DNA from: Wenzhouxiangella sp. | GTDB lineage: Bacteria > Pseudomonadota > Gammaproteobacteria > Xanthomonadales > Wenzhouxiangellaceae | Direction: 5' to 3' | DNA length: 64,000 nucleotides | NCBI GenBank assembly: GCA_031580925.1 | Contig: JAVLCB010000002.1 | Coordinates: forward strand, 12,710-76,709 | Shown: in pieces, positions 57,633-64,000 of the stretch | Layout of the letters: each line of letters opens with the position of its first letter | How positions within the stretch are numbered: position 1 is the first letter of the stretch | Notes under the pieces: generated by a model | Told to the model about the DNA's origin: nothing | What the model saw: only the letters and a program-made list of their open reading frames with translations | Databases searched by the model: none | Position numbers and translations under genes: made by a program

Positions 57633-57778
57633 CACCCACGCCGCACAAACGATCTCATCGGCCCCACCCACTCGCCCACACGGGCTTTTGATATCGGCAA
57701 ACACCGCCCCAAACCCCGTGGGCATCGGTATAATCAAAGGTTGAACTTATGTGACCTTGGCCTGAGTAGCCCCGGATC

Positions 57779-60595
57779 ATGACCAATTTCTTAAAAACGC
57801 AGTACTTGACCTCTCATTTGTCCGGCGCAAATGCGCATTATGTCGAAGCGCTCTACGAGCAGTGGCTCGCCGACGCTGCCAGCGTTCCTGCCCAATGGCA
57901 GCATATTTTTAAAGACCTCTCGCCCGAGCAACAAGACACCCACCACCAAGCGATCGCGCATGACTTTACGGACCTGCGCCCAGCACTGGCTGAAGGCGCC
58001 GGCCCGGCTGATCACAAACAAGCCGGCGTGTTGCGGTTGATCAATGCCTACCGGGTTCGAGGCCACCAACGCGCCAAACTCGACCCGCTGCAGCTGGGCG
58101 AGCGGCCCCACGTGGCCGATCTTGAGCTTGGCTTCCATGGGCTCGATGAGCAAGACCTCGAGACCTCATTTCACTCAGGCACGCTGGCAGGGCCCGAGCG
58201 CATGCCGCTGGCCGACATTGTGCAAAAGTGCAAAGCCACCTATACCGACACCATCGGCGTGGAGTTTATGCACATCACCGACACTGACCAACGGCGTTGG
58301 TTGCAGCAGCGGTTAGAAACTCAGGCAGGACAATTCGAGCTCGACAAAGAAGAAAAACTCCGCCTGCTCAGCAAGCTCTCCGCTGCTGAGGACATGGAGA
58401 AGTTCTTGCACTCAAAATACGTGGGGCAAAAGCGCTTCTCGCTGGAAGGCGGTGAGAGCATGATTCCATTGTTTGACACCCTGATTCGCCACACCGGCGC
58501 GCAAGGCGTGAAAGAAATGGTCATCGGCATGGCGCACCGCGGCCGCTTGAACGTCTTGGTCAACATCTTGGGCAAAAGCCCCAGCGAATTGTTTGCCGAG
58601 TTTGAGGGGGCCATTTCAGACGATGACCCCAGCCGCTCGGGGGATGTGAAATATCACTTAGGCTACAGCTCAGATGTCAAAACCAATGGCGGGGTGATGC
58701 ACCTGGCGCTGGCCTTCAACCCCTCGCACTTGGAGATTGTCAACCCTGTGGTGGCCGGCTCTGCGCGCGCCCGACAGACGCGCTTGGTCGATGATCAACG
58801 CGAGCAGGTGATGCCCGTGTTGGTGCACGGCGATGCCGCCATTGCCGGTCAAGGCGTGGTCATGGAGCTTTTGAATATGTCACAGGCGCGTGGCTTCGCC
58901 GTCGGTGGCACGTTCCACATTGTCGTCAACAACCAAATTGGCTTCACCACATCCAACCCGATTGACGCGCGCTCGACGCTGTATTGCACCGAAGTCGCCA
59001 AAATGGTGCAAGCGCCGATCTTTCATGTCAACGGCGATGACCCCGAGGCGGTGTTGTTTGTCACCAAACTCGCTGCAGATTTCAGGCGCGAATTCAACAA
59101 AGACGTGGTGATTGATTTGGTGTGTTACCGACGCCATGGTCACAACGAAGCCGATGAGCCCGCGGCCACCCAGCCGAGGATGTATGACACCATCCGCAGC
59201 CACGACACCGTCAAAACGCGCTACGCCAAAAAGCTCATCGACCATAAGTTGACCGATCAAAAAACCCTTGATGAGGCGCGCGAGACCTATCGTAAGCACC
59301 TCGAGGCCGGTGAGCCGGTGATCGATCTGGTGCCCGAAGAAGACGCCCCCACCACCGTCGAGTGGGCACCCTATCTGGAGACAGACTGGCGCGCCAAAGC
59401 CAAAACCGCGATGCCGAAAAAAGACATCGAGCGGCTGAATAAGCAACTGACCGACTTGGGCGAAGATTTTAAGGTCCACCGCCAAGTCGATCGCATCATC
59501 GAGGCTCGGCGAAAAATGGGCGCGGGTGAACAACCCTTGGATTGGGGCTTTGCAGAGACCCTGGCCTATGCCGGTTTGATTGAGTCTGGTTTTGGGTTGC
59601 GGTTGGTCGGCCAAGATTCGGGCCGAGGCACCTTTTTCCACCGCCACGCCGTCCTCCATGAGCAATCAAGCGGCGAGGTCAAAGTGCCCTTGGCTGAACT
59701 CAGCGACCAACCCAATCAGGTCACCATCATCGACTCGCTGCTGTCAGAGGAGGCGGTGTTGGGCTTTGAGTATGGCTATGCGACTGCCGACCCCAACACC
59801 CTCACCATCTGGGAGGGCCAGTTTGGCGACTTTGTCAACGGCGCACAGGTGGTCATTGATCAGTTCATCACCTCCGGTGAGGCCAAGTGGGGGCGTTTGT
59901 GTGGTCTGGTGATGTTCTTGCCGCACGGCTACGAGGGCCAAGGTCCAGAGCACTCATCGGCGCGACTGGAGCGGTTTATGCAGTTGTGCTCGCACAACAA
60001 CATTCAAGTGTGTGTGCCGTCCCTGCCCTCGCAGATGTTTCATATGATTCGCAGGCAAATGATTCGGCCGTTGCGAAAGCCTCTGATCGTTATGACACCG
60101 AAGTCATTGCTCCGCCACAAAGCCTCAACGTCATCGCTTGAGGACTTGAGCTCGGGGGCGTTCCAACTGGTCATTGATGACCCATCGAAACCCAAGCCCA
60201 AGTCGGTCAAACGCGTTGTGTTCTGCGCGGGCAAGGTCTACTTCGACCTGGCCGCCGAACAAGAAGACAAAGGCATTGATGATGTCGCCTTGGTTCGAGT
60301 AGAACAACTGTATCCCTTCCCCCGAGAAGAGCTGCAAGCCACACTCAAACGCTACAGCGAAGCCAAAGAGGTGGTGTGGTGCCAAGAAGAACCGATGAAC
60401 CAAGGGGCGTGGTTCCAAATCAGACACCACATCCAAGCGTGCATTAAAAAAGATCAACAACTGCTGTATGTCGGGCGCGAGACATCGGCTTCTCCTGCGG
60501 TGGGTTATTACCAAATTCACCTGCAACAACAAAAAAAACTGGTCAGCGAAGCCTTAACCCAGGGTCAGGGTTATAAAGAAGGAGCAACTGCATGA
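57779..60595 (+). CDS. sucA: 2-oxoglutarate dehydrogenase E1
   Basis: [40 protein letters not shown]. Confidence 0.98.
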   Translation: MTNFLKTQYLTSHLSGANAHYVEALYEQWLADAASVPAQWQHIFKDLSPEQQDTHHQAIAHDFTDLRPALAEGAGPADHKQAGVLRLINAYRVRGHQRAKLDPLQLGERPHVADLELGFHGLDEQDLETSFHSGTLAGPERMPLADIVQKCKATYTDTIGVEFMHITDTDQRRWLQQRLETQAGQFELDKEEKLRLLSKLSAAEDMEKFLHSKYVGQKRFSLEGGESMIPLFDTLIRHTGAQGVKEMVIGMAHRGRLNVLVNILGKSPSELFAEFEGAISDDDPSRSGDVKYHLGYSSDVKTNGGVMHLALAFNPSHLEIVNPVVAGSARARQTRLVDDQREQVMPVLVHGDAAIAGQGVVMELLNMSQARGFAVGGTFHIVVNNQIGFTTSNPIDARSTLYCTEVAKMVQAPIFHVNGDDPEAVLFVTKLAADFRREFNKDVVIDLVCYRRHGHNEADEPAATQPRMYDTIRSHDTVKTRYAKKLIDHKLTDQKTLDEARETYRKHLEAGEPVIDLVPEEDAPTTVEWAPYLETDWRAKAKTAMPKKDIERLNKQLTDLGEDFKVHRQVDRIIEARRKMGAGEQPLDWGFAETLAYAGLIESGFGLRLVGQDSGRGTFFHRHAVLHEQSSGEVKVPLAELSDQPNQVTIIDSLLSEEAVLGFEYGYATADPNTLTIWEGQFGDFVNGAQVVIDQFITSGEAKWGRLCGLVMFLPHGYEGQGPEHSSARLERFMQLCSHNNIQVCVPSLPSQMFHMIRRQMIRPLRKPLIVMTPKSLLRHKASTSSLEDLSSGAFQLVIDDPSKPKPKSVKRVVFCAGKVYFDLAAEQEDKGIDDVALVRVEQLYPFPREELQATLKRYSEAKEVVWCQEEPMNQGAWFQIRHHIQACIKKDQQLLYVGRETSASPAVGYYQIHLQQQKKLVSEALTQGQGYKEGATA

Positions 60596-61806
60596 GCATT
60601 GAGATCAAAGTCCCCAATCTGCCTGAGTCAGTCAGCGATGCCACCATCGCCAAATGGCATAAAAAAGCCGGTGACGCGGTCAGTCGGGATGAGAACCTGG
60701 TCGACCTTGAAACCGACAAGGTCGTACTCGAGGTGCCCGCGCCGGCCAATGGCGTGCTCAAAGACATCAGCCAAGCCGAGGGCGAAACGGTCACCGAAGG
60801 CCAGTTGCTCGGCTTGATGGAAGAAGGCGAGGCCCCGGCCAGTGAGCCAGAACAAGCCGACGACGAGGCCAACGAAAAAGCCAACGAAAAAACCGATAAG
60901 GCGCCTGCTGAAAAAGCACCAGAGCCGGCGCCTGCCGCCGCCCAACCAGCCCCTGCCCCAGCGGCATCGGGCAGCAACGATCTGCCGCCGGCGGCCCGAC
61001 GTGTCGCCGCTGAAAACAATGTCGATCCTGGCTCAGTGGCAGGCACCGGCCGGGGTGGCCGGGTGACCAAGGGCGATGTACTCAAACACATCCAAGGCGG
61101 GGGCCCCCGTCCAGAAGAACGGGTCAAAATGTCGCGTCTGCGCGCGCGCATCGCCGAGCGCATGAAAGACGCACAAAACACCGCCGCGATTCTCACCTCC
61201 TTTAACGAAGTTGATCTCAAAGCGGTCATGGACATCCGGTCTCGCTACAAAGAGGCCTTTGTCCAGCGCCATGGGGTCAAGCTCGGGTTCATGTCATTTT
61301 TTGTCAAAGCCGCGTGTGAAGCCTTGCAAAAGCACCCCGTGGTCAATGCCTCAGTCGATGGCGACGAGGTGGTCTACCACGGCTATCAAGATGTGGGCAT
61401 TGCCGTGTCCACCGAGCGTGGCCTGATCGTGCCTGTGCTGAAAAACGCGCATCAAATGGGCCTGGCCGACATCGAAGCGGGCATCAGCGATTACGCTGAA
61501 CAGGCCCGCAAAGGCACCATCGCGTTGGAAGACCTCCAAGGCGGCACGTTCACCATCACCAACGGTGGCGTGTTTGGCTCGCTGCTGTCCACCCCGCTGT
61601 TGAACATGCCACAAAGCGCGATTTTGGGGATGCACACCATCAAAGAGCGCCCCATCGCGGTCAACGGCGAGGTGGTGATCCGACCGATGATGTATATCGC
61701 GCTGTCGTACGACCACCGCATCATCGACGGCAAAGACGCCGTGCAATTTTTGGTGGCAATCAAAGAATCACTGGAAGATCCAGCCCGCTTGCTGCTCGAT
61801 CTTTAA
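60592..61806 (+). CDS. sucB: Dihydrolipoyllysine succinyltransferase E2
   Basis: Lipoyl [23 protein letters not shown]. Confidence 0.98.
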   Translation: MSIEIKVPNLPESVSDATIAKWHKKAGDAVSRDENLVDLETDKVVLEVPAPANGVLKDISQAEGETVTEGQLLGLMEEGEAPASEPEQADDEANEKANEKTDKAPAEKAPEPAPAAAQPAPAPAASGSNDLPPAARRVAAENNVDPGSVAGTGRGGRVTKGDVLKHIQGGGPRPEERVKMSRLRARIAERMKDAQNTAAILTSFNEVDLKAVMDIRSRYKEAFVQRHGVKLGFMSFFVKAACEALQKHPVVNASVDGDEVVYHGYQDVGIAVSTERGLIVPVLKNAHQMGLADIEAGISDYAEQARKGTIALEDLQGGTFTITNGGVFGSLLSTPLLNMPQSAILGMHTIKERPIAVNGEVVIRPMMYIALSYDHRIIDGKDAVQFLVAIKESLEDPARLLLDL

Positions 61807-61821
61807 TCCAAGGAGTTTTTC

Positions 61822-63246
61822 ATGGCCGACAAGCAATTCGACCTCGTTGTGATTGGCGGTGGACCCGGCGGCTATGCCGCAGCCATCCGCGCGGCACAAT
61901 TGAAAATGAGCGTCATGCTCATTGACGATCGTCAATCCGATGAGGGCAAGCCCGCCCCGGGTGGCACCTGCCTCAACGTCGGTTGCGTGCCATCCAAAGC
62001 GCTGCTGGACTCGTCAAAGCACTTCCATCACATCCAGCACGAGTACAAAGACCACGGGATTCGCGTTAAAGACGTGGAGATGGACATCGAGCAGATGCTC
62101 AACCGCAAGCAAGGGGTGGTCAAGCAACTCAACAGCGGCTTGATTCAGCTTTTCAAAGCCAACAAAATCACATTTGCCAACGGCACAGGCCGCCTGCTGG
62201 CCGATCGCCAGGTTGAGGTGACCACCGATGAGGGCACGCAAACAGTGACCGGTGAACATGTCATCTTGGCCGCGGGCTCTGTGCCGTTCACCATCCCGGG
62301 TGTCAACATTGACAACACGCACATCGTCGACAACGAAGGTGCGCTGGCGTTTTCCGAGACGCCAAAGAAATTGGGCGTCATTGGCGCGGGTGTCATTGGG
62401 CTTGAGCTTGGCAGCGTGTGGCGCCGGCTCGGCGCTGAGGTCACGCTGTTTGAGGCGGCCGATGACTTCTTGCCCGTGGTCGATGACGACATGTCGCGGG
62501 TGGCCGCGCGTGAGTTCAAAAAGCAAGGGTTGGACATTCGCCTGGGCACCAAAGTCTCAGGCGCCAAAGTCAGCCGCTCGAAAGTCAAAGTCGCCTACTC
62601 AGACGGCGACAAAGACCACGAGGCCACCTTTGATCGGTTGCTGGTCGCTGTGGGGCGCCGCGCGGCGAGCGAGAACCTGTTGGCCGACGACAGCGGTGTG
62701 GCCTTGACCGACCGCGGGCAAGTCGATGTCAACGACCAATGCCAAACAAGCGTTTCACAAGTGTGGGCGATTGGCGATTTGGTTCGAGGCCCGATGTTGG
62801 CCCACAAAGCCTCCGAAGAAGGCATCGCGGTGGCAGAAACCATCGCAGGCCACCACGGCCACTTCAACCTCGATACCGTGCCGTGGGTGATCTACACCGA
62901 CCCTGAAATTGCCTGGGTGGGTCAGACTGAAAAAGACCTCAAAGCCGCGGGCATCGACTACCGCAGCGGCAGCTTCCCATTTGCCGCCACGGGCCGGGGC
63001 CTGGCCATGGGCGATGCGGCCGGGCACGTCAAACTGCTGGCCGATGCCGAGACCGACCGCTTGTTGGGTGCACAGATTATTGGGCCACAAGCGTCTGAGC
63101 TGATCGGCGAGTGTGTGGTGACCATGGAGTTTGCCGGCTCCAGCGAAGACCTGGCCCGAATCGTCCACGCCCACCCCACGCTGTCTGAGGCGGTGCATGA
63201 AGCCGCACTCGCCGTCGATGGGCGAGCGATCCACAAAGCCAACTGA
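61822..63246 (+). CDS. lpdA: Dihydrolipoyl dehydrogenase E3
   Basis: GGGPGGY, GGTCLNVGCVPSK, GAGVIGLE, HAHPTLSE. Confidence 0.98.
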   Translation: MADKQFDLVVIGGGPGGYAAAIRAAQLKMSVMLIDDRQSDEGKPAPGGTCLNVGCVPSKALLDSSKHFHHIQHEYKDHGIRVKDVEMDIEQMLNRKQGVVKQLNSGLIQLFKANKITFANGTGRLLADRQVEVTTDEGTQTVTGEHVILAAGSVPFTIPGVNIDNTHIVDNEGALAFSETPKKLGVIGAGVIGLELGSVWRRLGAEVTLFEAADDFLPVVDDDMSRVAAREFKKQGLDIRLGTKVSGAKVSRSKVKVAYSDGDKDHEATFDRLLVAVGRRAASENLLADDSGVALTDRGQVDVNDQCQTSVSQVWAIGDLVRGPMLAHKASEEGIAVAETIAGHHGHFNLDTVPWVIYTDPEIAWVGQTEKDLKAAGIDYRSGSFPFAATGRGLAMGDAAGHVKLLADAETDRLLGAQIIGPQASELIGECVVTMEFAGSSEDLARIVHAHPTLSEAVHEAALAVDGRAIHKAN

Positions 63247-63264
63247 TTGACTTGGAGCTTGCCG

Positions 63265-64000
63265 ATGTCGGTCCCCGCCACATTCAATGCCTTTCGCATC
63301 CACGACGATGAGCAGGGCTTTCGGGCCGGTTGGGAGACCCAATCGATCGATGATCAAACCGATGGCGATGTCGTCATTGAAACCCACTACTCGAGCATCA
63401 ACTATAAAGATGCTTTGGCGGGCACCAACCAAGGCAAGATTCTCAGACGTTTCCCGCTGAACGCGGGCATTGATCTGGCCGGCATTGTCGTCGAATCCAA
63501 GTGCGGTGACTTCAAAGCAGGTGATCGGGTCTTGATGACCGGCAGCGGTTTGTCAGAAACACACGACGGTGGCTACAGCGAGTACGTGCGGGTCAGTTCG
63601 GCGCAACTGATTCCCCTGCCCGATGCGATAACATTGCACGAGGCGATGATCATTGGCACCGCTGGCTTCACCGCCGCACTGGCACTGCATCGAATGGAAG
63701 TCAACGGCCAAACACCCGACATGGGGCCAATCGCCATTTCGGGCGCCACCGGCGGCGTGGGCTCGCTGGCTGTCGACATTTTTTCAAAAGCCGGCTACAC
63801 CGTCAGTGCCATTTCTGGCAAACCCGAGGCCTTTGACTGGCTGCATGAGTTGGGCGCGGCGCAGTGCATCGACCGCCATGGCCTGCACTGGCCCGACACG
63901 CCCTTGGCCAGTGCGAAGTTTGCCGGCGCGTTGGACAATGTCGGCGGCGACATGCTCAATGGCTTGACGCGTGTCATCCAGCCTTGGGGCAACATTGCCA
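63265..64000 (+). CDS. yhdH: YhdH/AcuI-type MDR oxidoreductase (putative acrylyl-CoA reductase), 3' end truncated; not in ORF track
   Basis: Manual translation: MSVPATFNAFRIH...YSSINYKDALAG...GIDLAG...HDGGYSEY...IGTAGFTAALAL...SGATGGVGS; GGAG RBS. Confidence 0.85.
   Translation, partial: MSVPATFNAFRIHDDEQGFRAGWETQSIDDQTDGDVVIETHYSSINYKDALAGTNQGKILRRFPLNAGIDLAGIVVESKCGDFKAGDRVLMTGSGLSETHDGGYSEYVRVSSAQLIPLPDAITLHEAMIIGTAGFTAALALHRMEVNGQTPDMGPIAISGATGGVGSLAVDIFSKAGYTVSAISGKPEAFDWLHELGAAQCIDRHGLHWPDTPLASAKFAGALDNVGGDMLNGLTRVIQPWGNIA

Noticed and set aside
57729-57734. TATAAT as the sucA promoter
   Set aside because: No -35 or extended -10 support; a lone hexamer is insufficient.
60868-60891. 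12-bp duplication GCCAACGAAAAA in sucB (similar repeats in the exeB linker and sdhE N-terminus)
   Set aside because: In-frame duplications in flexible linkers are commonplace.
1-64000. CRISPR arrays, tRNA/rRNA, IS elements, integrases, prophage or defence genes
   Set aside because: No spaced repeats, tRNA arms, terminal inverted repeats or such ORFs were seen; nearly all sequence is explained by housekeeping genes.

Overview
This is a core-genome window of about 60 tightly packed CDS from a moderately GC-rich gammaproteobacterium. Gene order and content resemble Xanthomonadales/Wenzhouxiangella-like lineages; that placement is inference only. In order: split B12-dependent class II ribonucleotide reductase (nrdJb/nrdJa) with tandem NrdR boxes and DnaA boxes upstream; gpsA-secB-rhodanese; gpmI-envC; a minus-strand run putA-exeA-exeB-rhomboid-DUF1820-hypothetical-abgT; an aa3-type cytochrome c oxidase operon (DUF2244-coxB-coxA-44 aa sORF-ctaG-coxC-AI-2E transporter); a GCS2-ligase/CBS fusion; fadD; dinB; a class V PLP enzyme; yceD-rpmF-fabH-fabD-fabG-acpP-fabF-pabB-pabC-mltG-tmk-holB; maf; fadJ-fadI; ndk-rlmN-rodZ-hisS-yfgM-bamB-der then folD; DUF1674-sdhCDAB-sdhE-ygfX with divergent ygfZ-purB; and sucA-sucB-lpdA followed by a partial AcuI/YhdH-type reductase. 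I saw no tRNA, rRNA, CRISPR array, IS element, integrase or prophage. I found no convincing wholly novel system. The best leads are the uncharacterised GCS2-CBS enzyme, the SDH-plus-assembly-factor cluster, the coupled putA-exeAB-rhomboid operon, genes missed by the ORF track, and precise gene absences (pilF/pilW, pilZ, ispG, plsX). All family assignments come from motif recognition by eye; no database searches were run.
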